Positions 49,597 through 58,145 of a stretch of 64,000 nucleotides of DNA are shown here, piece after piece. The DNA is from Candidatus Cloacimonadota bacterium (GTDB lineage: Bacteria; Cloacimonadota; Cloacimonadia; JGIOTU-2), in contig JBNGBT010000002.1 of the NCBI GenBank assembly GCA_049903315.1, positions 288,001 through 352,000 on the forward strand, given 5' to 3'. Position numbers and translations under genes: made by a program. The stretch's first letter is position 1. Every line of letters begins with the position of its first letter. The notes beneath the pieces were generated by a model. The model saw nothing but the letters and a program-made list of their open reading frames with translations, searched no databases and was not told the origin of the DNA.

Positions 49597-51732
49597 ATGA
49601 AAAAAGTTGTAATAATTATATTATTGAGTTTATTAATATCTACAAGTAGTCTTTATTCATTTGCTGGAGGTGATGGATCATCCGGAAATCCCTATCAAGT
49701 AGCAACTGCTGATCATTTGAATGATGTAAGAGATTATTTAGATAAGTATTTCATTCAAACTGCGAACATTGTTGATTTGAGCAGTACATACTCTAATTGG
49801 GAACCGATAGGGACATTAGCCTTACCATTTATTGGACATTATAATGGAGATGGATATTGGATTTCAGGGCTCACAATTAATAGATCATCAACTCCTAACG
49901 TAGGTCTCTTTGGATGTATTGGAGTTACCACAGATAATACAACGGCAACATCCATTACAAAACTGGGATTGACTACTGTTAATGTTATAGGAGCAAGAGG
50001 AACTGGAAGTTTGGTTGGCAGAGTCAAAGGCAATTCACAGACTCTCATTGAACAATGTTACGTCTATTCTGGAACAGTTATAGGTGATGGTGCAACAGGG
50101 GGGCTTGTTGGGGCTAATAATAGTTATGTTGAAAATCCAGCTAACAAAAATTATAATCCAGTTATAAGCGAGTGTTATGCAGATGTGAGTGTCTCCTGGT
50201 CTAAAAGTGGTCTCGGTGATAAAATTGGCGGATTAACCGGTTGTAATCAAAAAGGTATTATTAGAGACAGTTATGCACGTGGTTCTGTTACTGTTGATAA
50301 CGATCCATCTGCTGGATCTCCAGATAGAATGGGTGGTTTAGCTGGCTGTATACTTATTAGAGGATATATAGAAAATTCATATTCAACTGGCTTGGTTTAT
50401 ACTGAGGGTACGGTGCTTCACGTAGGTGGTTTTGTTGGTAACGGCGGCGGTGGAGGAAGTGACGGGAATACATATGATTGTTTTTGGGACACTCAAACTT
50501 CAACTCGAGCCACAAGTTCTCCGACATCAGGTTGCACAGGTAAGACTACTGCTGAGATGAAAACTGAAAGTACCTATACTGATGCAGGATGGGATTTCAC
50601 AAACATATGGAGTTTTTCAGAAGGCAACTATCCTGTATTAAGATATGTTATACATCCAGAGCCTAAAACTATTACTCTTACTGATGGAAGTTCATTTTCT
50701 CCGTCAGTAACTCCCGGTTCTACTGATCAGCCGATTGGACGTTTTTCTTTATCGGCTAGTGATACTGGAAGCGAACTATCTCGTGTAACTATACGACTTG
50801 ATGGCACACGTACTGGAGCAAGTAATTTCAAGTTATGGAAGAGTGCTAATTCCACATTTGGAAGTGACACTCAACTCGGTTCTACTGTAGTAACAGATCC
50901 CGGAGATGCAAAAACTGTAAGCTTTTCTTTTAACGAAGGACTTACAACAACTATGTTCTATTACTTTCTTACCTGTGATGTTGCAGGTGGTGCCACTGGT
51001 TCAATAGAAGGATATTTAACAGACAATACAAGTCTTACATTTTATGATGGCGTCATTAGCGCAACAATAACGGACGCACCTTTATCAAGCGGTGCAGCAA
51101 CCCTCCCTGTCGAGCTCTCAACCTTTACTGGTCAATACATAAATAGCGTTCCCACTCTTTACTGGTCAACGCAAACAGAAACCGACAACCTTGGCTGGAA
51201 TGTGTATCGTAACAAAGACAATGACTTTACATCTGCAGATCGTATAAACGGAGACCTTATACCAGGTCATGGTACTACTTCACAAGTCCAGAATTATGTA
51301 TATAAAGATATAAACGGTACTTTTGATGCTGGTGAGAATTACTGGTACTGGCTGGAAAGCATTGATTACGGCGGCACAGTAAATCACTACAATAGGGTAG
51401 CGCTCATTCACATTCCTGAAATTCAAAATCCTGATCCTCATAGTGCAGTACCACGAAAATACGGATTGCAGTCCGGTCCAAATCCCTTTAATTCTAACCT
51501 TTCAGTGAGTTATATGCTTCATCAAACCGATATGGTACGAGTTGAGATATACAACATGACTGGACAGCTTGTTGCACAGTTCAATGAAGGGCTGAGAACA
51601 GCGGACAGAGAATATATAATAGACTGGGACGGCAAAGACCTATATGGACAGAATGTAGCGTCCGGTGTCTTGCTTATAAAACTCATTACGTCAGAAGGTT
51701 CTGAGACAACGAAAGCCATTTTGTTAAGATAA
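49597..51732 (+). CDS. GLUG-repeat secreted protein with T9SS-type CTD
   Basis: Start ATG 49597 (GGAGG, MKKVVIII); FAGGDGSSGNPYQV, GGLVG repeats, LPVELSTF and GPNPFN CTD. Confidence 0.85.
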   Translation: MKKVVIIILLSLLISTSSLYSFAGGDGSSGNPYQVATADHLNDVRDYLDKYFIQTANIVDLSSTYSNWEPIGTLALPFIGHYNGDGYWISGLTINRSSTPNVGLFGCIGVTTDNTTATSITKLGLTTVNVIGARGTGSLVGRVKGNSQTLIEQCYVYSGTVIGDGATGGLVGANNSYVENPANKNYNPVISECYADVSVSWSKSGLGDKIGGLTGCNQKGIIRDSYARGSVTVDNDPSAGSPDRMGGLAGCILIRGYIENSYSTGLVYTEGTVLHVGGFVGNGGGGGSDGNTYDCFWDTQTSTRATSSPTSGCTGKTTAEMKTESTYTDAGWDFTNIWSFSEGNYPVLRYVIHPEPKTITLTDGSSFSPSVTPGSTDQPIGRFSLSASDTGSELSRVTIRLDGTRTGASNFKLWKSANSTFGSDTQLGSTVVTDPGDAKTVSFSFNEGLTTTMFYYFLTCDVAGGATGSIEGYLTDNTSLTFYDGVISATITDAPLSSGAATLPVELSTFTGQYINSVPTLYWSTQTETDNLGWNVYRNKDNDFTSADRINGDLIPGHGTTSQVQNYVYKDINGTFDAGENYWYWLESIDYGGTVNHYNRVALIHIPEIQNPDPHSAVPRKYGLQSGPNPFNSNLSVSYMLHQTDMVRVEIYNMTGQLVAQFNEGLRTADREYIIDWDGKDLYGQNVASGVLLIKLITSEGSETTKAILLR

Positions 51733-51754
51733 CTTTATTAATCTAAATTAAATT

Positions 51755-51788
51755 AAACTGCCATTCATTTCGAGTGGCAGTTTTTTTT
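51755..51788. terminator. Intrinsic terminator between convergent genes
   Basis: AAACTGCCATTC-attt(c)-GAGTGGCAG followed by T8. Confidence 0.85.
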
Positions 51789-51820
51789 CTAGTAGTACTG
51801 AGAAGCTGATCTAATCGGAA

Positions 51821-52168
51821 TTATTTTTTCAAATTGTTAGGTGTCCCAACTGTTGATTTCAGTTCGAAATCTACTGTCGTAACACCATTACCAACTTCAA
51901 TACTTTCTATTAATGTAACTCTGTATTCCGTGCTTTTTAACGCTCGACCATTATAGGTCTCATTTAGAATATCCATGGAATAGAAACCGTTCACATCAGT
52001 ATAAGCATCAAAACAGATATGCTGCCCATCATTCGTGGTAAAATGTACTTTTGCATTGAATATTGGTTCACCTGTGTCTTTATTGGTGACATAACCAGTT
52101 ACAGTACCAGCGATTGCCATATTTACTGTAATTAATACTAAACTTATGAGTGCAATGAGTTTTTTCAT
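51821..52168 (-). CDS. Small secreted carboxypeptidase-regulatory-like (prealbumin-fold) protein
   Basis: Signal peptide; GTVTGYVTNKDTGEPIFNAKV...TDVNGFY...VDFEL; RBS AAGGAG. Confidence 0.8.
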   Translation of the reverse strand: MKKLIALISLVLITVNMAIAGTVTGYVTNKDTGEPIFNAKVHFTTNDGQHICFDAYTDVNGFYSMDILNETYNGRALKSTEYRVTLIESIEVGNGVTTVDFELKSTVGTPNNLKK

Positions 52169-52209
52169 TGTAACTCCTTTCTTTCTTTTTTATGTGCACT
52201 CATCATTAG

Positions 52210-52225
52210 TGCAACATTCGTGCCG
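52210..52225 (-). promoter_or_regulatory. sigma54 (-24/-12) promoter
   Basis: Minus strand CGGCACG-AATG-TTGCA, about 40 nt upstream of the 52168 start. Confidence 0.7.
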
Positions 52226-52429
52226 GAGAAACATTATTTTTTGATATTTTTCACTAACTTGATTCTCCTATGCCAATTAAGGGTATGTTATTTTTATTAT
52301 TATTTATCGTCGTATCAAACTTATTGCAAAAAAATTGTGCAGCAGCTTCCCATTTTGCAGCAACAAAAGAACAGTGCAAATTCTAATCCACCTTTATTGT
52401 GATAAATAAATATCGTATTTTCTCAAACC

Positions 52430-52623
52430 GCTGTTCATTATGAGCAGCATTAGTTTTCTCAGGCTGGATTTCACTCTTGGGTGGAGTTCAGTATGAAGAA
52501 AGAAGACATGATCGCACTGAAGCCCATCCGCTTGCAGGTATTATGAGGTCAAGGCTTGTCGAATATATTGTAGAACAAAGCAACAGAACAATTGTTGCAG
52601 AGTTATTTTCATGTCGAGTGCGA
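52430..52623 (+). ncRNA. Unidentified structured RNA candidate
   Basis: Several hairpins, two of them G-U-rich and fully paired only on the + strand, plus two crossing 7-bp long-range complementarities in an intergenic region. Confidence 0.45.
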
Positions 52624-52737
52624 ATATCCAAATGTATTTCTCACATATTCTTGACGAAAAAAAAGGATCGAAAATTATCTCATCAATTAAAACATGCAGG
52701 TTTTCTGCAGAGATCACAAATTTAAAGGAGTAGTAAA

Positions 52738-54264
52738 ATGAAGAAAATCATTTTAACATTTATTCTTTTTTTATTCTTATCGAGCACACTTTGTGCAGGG
52801 GCATTTCTTATCTCAGGCGGTGCATTCAGCCACACCTATCCGGTTGCTGCATTCAATGGTGCAAACTACCAAACTGCATGGGTTGACAAGCGTTATAGTT
52901 CCTCTTATTATGCATTTTGGGGCAAGCAGGTTTCTTCCGATGGAACTCCAATAGGTACTGATACAGAAATTGAAGCATATCATTATTATCTGTCTTTTAT
53001 GCCCGATATGTGTACTAACGGGAACAACTGTTTGTTGGTTTGGGAAAGATATCGAGCAGCCTATGGACCGGGAGATGCTTACGGAATATTAATTGATCGG
53101 GATGGGAATCCCATCGGTTCGAAATTCAGGATTTCTATTGGAAATACCGTGAATGCAAATTTTCCACATGGCGATTTTGACGGCACAAATTATCTTCTCG
53201 TATGGCAACTCGGTACTCCGAATAACGGATGCAAAATACAGGGACAATTTGTTTCACAAACAGGCACATTAGTGGGAAGCAACTTTGATATTCGCCCTGT
53301 AGGTATGGCAACAGGTGTCGATCAGATATATCCTGCAGTGAAATTTAATGGCACAAATTACCTTGTTGTCTGGGATGATGATCGCACTGGCAGCAGAGAT
53401 ATTTATGGTCAGCTTGTTGGAACGGATGGCAGTATGGTTGGAAGTGATTTTCCAATATCAACTGCTGGCAATGATCAGATGCTTGTCGATCTTGCATGGA
53501 GTGGTTCCGGCTTCTGTGCAGTGTGGCAGGATGATCGCTGGGATACTAATGATGCAAGTATTTTCGGTCAATTGGTCAATGCAAACGGAACATTGAATGG
53601 AGATAATTTCTGTATTTATGAAGCCCCAGGTGACAGTGGATGCGGTTGGCCCTCAGTCGCTTCTTCTGGAGATTCCTATCTAGCAGGATGGCATAAAGAA
53701 TTCCTCGTTTATGATGAAAGCCCTCTTGATGAAACTCAAATATTTATAAGAGAAGCAGCAGGTGTTGATATTACACGACCTGTCGTATGGTATGATGTAC
53801 AGGCACAAAAAATTTCTCTTACAGGCGGCTTGGTCGATCCTACAATAGATGTGTGTGTGGAACAGTACCACCAAGATCAGGTTTATATCACTTCAGATGG
53901 AGACGATTATCTCATGGTGTGGGAGGATTCTCGGAACGGAAATCAGTATTATGTTGTGTATGGAGCGATAATTGATGACATACCCGTGAGTGTTGATGAT
54001 CCTATCGTGTATAACAGAATAGTGATTTCTCCCAATCCATCTTCTCAACACATTAATGTGAAATTTTCAATGCCAACATCTCAAAAAATTGCACTCGAAC
54101 TTTATAATGTAAAAGGACAGAAAATCACATCGTTCCATGACGGGATTATATCAGCAGGAACACATGAACTTATCTTTGAAACGAATGTTCCTTCAGGAAT
54201 TTATTTCATGAAAATGCAGACAGGATCTGATGTATATATGGAGAAATTTCTTATTCTGAATTAA
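52738..54264 (+). CDS. Secreted repeat protein (FDGTNYLVVW-type repeats) with short CTD
   Basis: Signal peptide; F(D/N)GTNYL(L/V)VW...DIYGQLV..DG repeats; ISPNPS...YNVKGQ...SGIYFMKM. Confidence 0.85.
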   Translation: MKKIILTFILFLFLSSTLCAGAFLISGGAFSHTYPVAAFNGANYQTAWVDKRYSSSYYAFWGKQVSSDGTPIGTDTEIEAYHYYLSFMPDMCTNGNNCLLVWERYRAAYGPGDAYGILIDRDGNPIGSKFRISIGNTVNANFPHGDFDGTNYLLVWQLGTPNNGCKIQGQFVSQTGTLVGSNFDIRPVGMATGVDQIYPAVKFNGTNYLVVWDDDRTGSRDIYGQLVGTDGSMVGSDFPISTAGNDQMLVDLAWSGSGFCAVWQDDRWDTNDASIFGQLVNANGTLNGDNFCIYEAPGDSGCGWPSVASSGDSYLAGWHKEFLVYDESPLDETQIFIREAAGVDITRPVVWYDVQAQKISLTGGLVDPTIDVCVEQYHQDQVYITSDGDDYLMVWEDSRNGNQYYVVYGAIIDDIPVSVDDPIVYNRIVISPNPSSQHINVKFSMPTSQKIALELYNVKGQKITSFHDGIISAGTHELIFETNVPSGIYFMKMQTGSDVYMEKFLILN

Positions 54265-54284
54265 TTATACATTGTTCTAAATTT

Positions 54285-54335
54285 AGCTGGGCTCTGACAG
54301 ATGATTTTTCGTATAAAACTGAGCCCAGTTTTTTT
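54285..54335 (+). terminator. Intrinsic terminator-like stem-loop
   Basis: CTGGGCTC...GAGCCCAG followed by T7, with a large loop. Confidence 0.6.
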
Positions 54336-54411
54336 ATAATAGTTTCACTTCTAAGCGTGGAAGACGAACTCTAAATTCATTAGAAATTAGAAATTTGATA
54401 TTTTTACTTGT

Positions 54412-55158
54412 TTATTCTCTATTCCTTACAAATATATGCTTAATGCGTTTACCCTCGACATCGCGTTCGTCGATTTCGAAGTCCTTTTTCAGTGATTTAA
54501 TAAGAGGTGTGAGTTTGAGAAATCCATAGTTGCGGGGATCAAAATCCCGTCTCTTTTTGATGAGTAGATTTCCTACATCACCCAAAAATGCCCAGCCGTC
54601 TTCATCTGCGACATCGGAGATAGTAGAAGATATCAATCGAATCACCTTTGGGGTGATCTTATCAACTTCCGGCTTTTTTAGGGTTACATCTTCTTCAACT
54701 TTCGATTCTGTTCCCTTTGATTGTGATTTTAATATTTCAATATAAATAAACTTGTCACATGCAACAATAAAAGGCTCGGGAGTTTTTCTTTCTCCGATTC
54801 CGAAAACTTTCATGCCAGCTTCTCTTAACCGTGTTGCAAGACGGGTAAAATCACTGTCGCTTGATACAAGCCAGAAGCCATCGACCTTTTCAGAATAGAG
54901 TATGTCCATTGCATCGATTATCATTGCAGAGTCAGTGGAATTTTTACCTGTAGTGTAACTGTACTGTTGAATAGGGGTGATGGCATTTTCCAGAAGCATG
55001 TTCTTCCATTTGGTGAGAGTTGGTCGCGTCCAATCTCCATAAATTCTTTTGATCGTAGGATTGCCATATTTTGCGATTTCTTCCATCATTTCCTTCACGT
55101 ATGCAGAAGGAATGTTATCGCCATCGATCAATACTGCGAGTTTTAAATCTTTTTCCAT
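54412..55158 (-). CDS. NYN domain (LabA/DUF88, PIN-like) protein with OST-HTH/LOTUS domain
   Basis: LIDGDN, RIYGDW, GKNSTD...IDAMD, SSDSDF and DFDPRNYGFLKL. Confidence 0.92.
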   Translation of the reverse strand: MEKDLKLAVLIDGDNIPSAYVKEMMEEIAKYGNPTIKRIYGDWTRPTLTKWKNMLLENAITPIQQYSYTTGKNSTDSAMIIDAMDILYSEKVDGFWLVSSDSDFTRLATRLREAGMKVFGIGERKTPEPFIVACDKFIYIEILKSQSKGTESKVEEDVTLKKPEVDKITPKVIRLISSTISDVADEDGWAFLGDVGNLLIKKRRDFDPRNYGFLKLTPLIKSLKKDFEIDERDVEGKRIKHIFVRNRE

Positions 55159-55302
55159 AGTTGTCCTTAATTAATCTGATTCTATGAATGAAATTTGAAA
55201 GTATCCTGTCAATGTAAATCTTTTTTAAATGATGAGTTCAACAATAAGATTAAAATATTGACTGAAAATTGATAATATACTGAATCAGTTCGAGGTCTTA
55301 AA

Positions 55303-56736
55303 ATGAAAAAAATAATAGTAATTTTGTTCATATTAACAGTATCAGTTGCTTTTCCTTTGCATCCACAAAAAATTCTTATTTCAGATGGCGCATGGAAACA
55401 TTCAGCACCGGCTGTTGCCTACAATGAATCTAAGTTTCAGGTAGTCTGGTCTGACAATAGGTATAATGACTGGAGATATTATGGAACTCAAATTGAATGT
55501 GATGGGACAGTAGGGGATGAGTACATCATGGTAGGACCCTCCACAAATATTTACCAAGAAACAGAAATGTGTAGTAATGGAAATGAGTTTATGATGGTGT
55601 GGTTTCGCTATCAGACTACAGGATGTCCCAGCTACATTTACGGACAATTGATTGAATCTTCTGGAGTCCCCTCAGGGAGCTATTTCCGAATTGACTTATC
55701 TAATTATGGAATTGTGAGTGTAAATCCAAAAATATGCTCTGACGGAACTGATTTTATCTGTGTCTGGACTCAAGGAAGTTTCCCGTTTTTTAAACCAGTG
55801 GGTCAACTCATAGAATCTGACGGAACATTTATAAATGAAAACTTCAATATAGATGATCAAATAAATACCTATTCAAATCCTTGTATTGCGTTCGACGGTG
55901 TTCACTATCTCTGTGTATGGAACACGGTGATCGATGGAAGTATCTGCATCAAAGGAAGTTTATTAACTCCTGATGGAGTATTATTCGGAAATGAGCTTCA
56001 GATAACATCATCAACAAATCAACTCAATAATGCTGCTATAGTATTCGGCGGTTCAGAATATCTAATAGTGTGGGAAGAATATTCTTTTTCAACAAATCTG
56101 TCTCGTATTTATGGTCAATTTATCTCAACTGACTGTTCACTTATAAGCAATCCATTCCTTATTTCAGGAAGTGGTGAGATTTCTGCGAGAAATCCAAAAA
56201 TTAGTTCAACAGGACACTCCTATCTCGTAACATGGCAGCAGGATAATGCAGATGGAACACACAATCTCCGTGGACAGTTACTTGACCTCTGTGGAACACT
56301 TTATGGTGATGTGTTTGACATCATTGTTGATTATCAGGAGCTCGTGATACATTATAGTGCCTGCAATTCGGAAAATAAATATTTCGTGGTTTGGGAGGAA
56401 GAACAGGCAGATCAAGTTTCTTTCATAAAAGGGCTTTTTATAGAAGACATTCCTGTGAGTACAGATTCGCATCATGAGTTTCACAAAGGTTTTATAATCT
56501 CACCTAATCCCTCTCATAAAAGCTTCAATATAAGATTTAATATTTCTGAACCTCAGAAAGTAATTCTTGAGATGTATAACATCATAGGACAGAAAATTGA
56601 TACTTTATATGAGGGCTTTGTTTCTAATGGAAGACATGAATTGTTCTATGAAACAAATGTTTCTTCTGGAATATATTTCATAAAAATGCAGACAGAAAGT
56701 GAAATTAGGAGCGATAAACTGATAATTATGAAATAG
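55303..56736 (+). CDS. Secreted repeat protein with short CTD, paralog of 52738..54264
   Basis: Same architecture: LISDGAW.H..P.VA, MCSNGN, FDGVHYLCVW, DIPVS, ISPNPS and ETNVSSGIYFIKMQT. Confidence 0.85.
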   Translation: MKKIIVILFILTVSVAFPLHPQKILISDGAWKHSAPAVAYNESKFQVVWSDNRYNDWRYYGTQIECDGTVGDEYIMVGPSTNIYQETEMCSNGNEFMMVWFRYQTTGCPSYIYGQLIESSGVPSGSYFRIDLSNYGIVSVNPKICSDGTDFICVWTQGSFPFFKPVGQLIESDGTFINENFNIDDQINTYSNPCIAFDGVHYLCVWNTVIDGSICIKGSLLTPDGVLFGNELQITSSTNQLNNAAIVFGGSEYLIVWEEYSFSTNLSRIYGQFISTDCSLISNPFLISGSGEISARNPKISSTGHSYLVTWQQDNADGTHNLRGQLLDLCGTLYGDVFDIIVDYQELVIHYSACNSENKYFVVWEEEQADQVSFIKGLFIEDIPVSTDSHHEFHKGFIISPNPSHKSFNIRFNISEPQKVILEMYNIIGQKIDTLYEGFVSNGRHELFYETNVSSGIYFIKMQTESEIRSDKLIIMK

Positions 56737-56799
56737 GTGAAATTTTTAAGGCAATAATTCACCCAGCTTGTTGAATGATAGGGAGTTTCCTGAGTTGGA

Positions 56800-58125
56800 T
56801 CACTCCTTCAAATATATAGTTCCGTTATTATCTACATACACCCAATTATTTCCAACTTTAACTTGCCCTAAACCATTCTCAAACTTTTGCATGTTCTCAT
56901 ATTTACATTCTAAGATTTGATCTCCGTATTTATTGATCAAACCCCATTTGCCATTCATTTTAACAAAAGCAACTCCGTCAGAGAAATGCATGACAAGATC
57001 ATAGGTATTCGGGATGACCATTTTACCGGATGTGTCTATAAATCCCCATTTATCATCTAACTTGACTCGTGTTAATCCATCATTGAAGTTATCCGTAGTT
57101 TGATAGATGCATGGTATAACTTCTTTCCCGGTTTTATCAATATGTCCAAATTTGTTGTTACATTCCACAGCTGCGTATCCATCATGGAAAGGTTCAGATT
57201 CCCAATCATATTTGAAGGGTGTAATCGAATTTCCTGTTTTATCTATATATCCAAATTGTCCATTTAGTTTCACCTGTGCAATTCCCTCGTAAAAGTCCTT
57301 ACCCTTATCATATTTGCATGGAATTACTTCAACACCTTGTTCATTAATATAGCCGTAATACTCTCCTGTTTTATATCCATAATCGTCGTATTGACCTATA
57401 TATACTTTAGCCATTCCATCAGCAAAATCATCAATATCCGTATATTTTATCTCTGTGACAGAATTACCATCTTTATCGATCAAACCCCATTTATTCCCGA
57501 TTTTCACTCCTGCTAAACCATTGTTAAAAATGTTTGAAGCATCATACTTAAAGTCGATCACTATTTTTCCTGAAGGATCAATATAACCCCATTTGTCATC
57601 CAGCTCAACTGCAGCTAAACCATCGGAAAAATCGTAGGCATTTTCGTATATACAGGGGATCACTTCTTGTCCTTCAGTATTTATGAAGCCATATCTTTTG
57701 TTATATTCTTGATCTCTTTTCTGAACTTGTGCAAGACCTTCTGAAAAATATCCTGCATTAAGATATTTCAATTCAATAACGTTTTCACCTTTTGTGTTGT
57801 AAAAGCCATATTGTTTGTTGACATTTACTTCAAAAAAATCCTCTACCACCGGACCGACATGAGTGAACCAAGGAGGAACGATTATTACACCGGATTCGTT
57901 GATCGTACCACATTTTCCATTTTGCATGATAACTGCATATCCGTCTATGAATGGAGAAGCAAGACCGAACTGGCAGTCGATAACAAGATTCTTGTTTTGA
58001 TCTGCATAGCCCCACAGTTCACCACTGAAGTAGGGGATCAGGGCAGGAGATTGTGCATAGCAGTAAGTGCACAGCATTCCCAAAATGAGAAGTGATCCGA
58101 ATAATATTTTATGTGTTTTGGTCAT
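56800..58125 (-). CDS. WG-repeat (KWG-type) secreted protein
   Basis: Repeats FS(D/E)GLA.V....KWG(Y/F)ID..G..VI; signal peptide. Confidence 0.9.
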   Translation of the reverse strand: MTKTHKILFGSLLILGMLCTYCYAQSPALIPYFSGELWGYADQNKNLVIDCQFGLASPFIDGYAVIMQNGKCGTINESGVIIVPPWFTHVGPVVEDFFEVNVNKQYGFYNTKGENVIELKYLNAGYFSEGLAQVQKRDQEYNKRYGFINTEGQEVIPCIYENAYDFSDGLAAVELDDKWGYIDPSGKIVIDFKYDASNIFNNGLAGVKIGNKWGLIDKDGNSVTEIKYTDIDDFADGMAKVYIGQYDDYGYKTGEYYGYINEQGVEVIPCKYDKGKDFYEGIAQVKLNGQFGYIDKTGNSITPFKYDWESEPFHDGYAAVECNNKFGHIDKTGKEVIPCIYQTTDNFNDGLTRVKLDDKWGFIDTSGKMVIPNTYDLVMHFSDGVAFVKMNGKWGLINKYGDQILECKYENMQKFENGLGQVKVGNNWVYVDNNGTIYLKE

Positions 58126-58145
58126 GGATTTTTCCTTATTTATCC

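Noticed and set aside
52477..52725. 82-aa ORF across the structured region
   Set aside because: TTG start without RBS and no recognisable protein features; RNA structure explains the region better.
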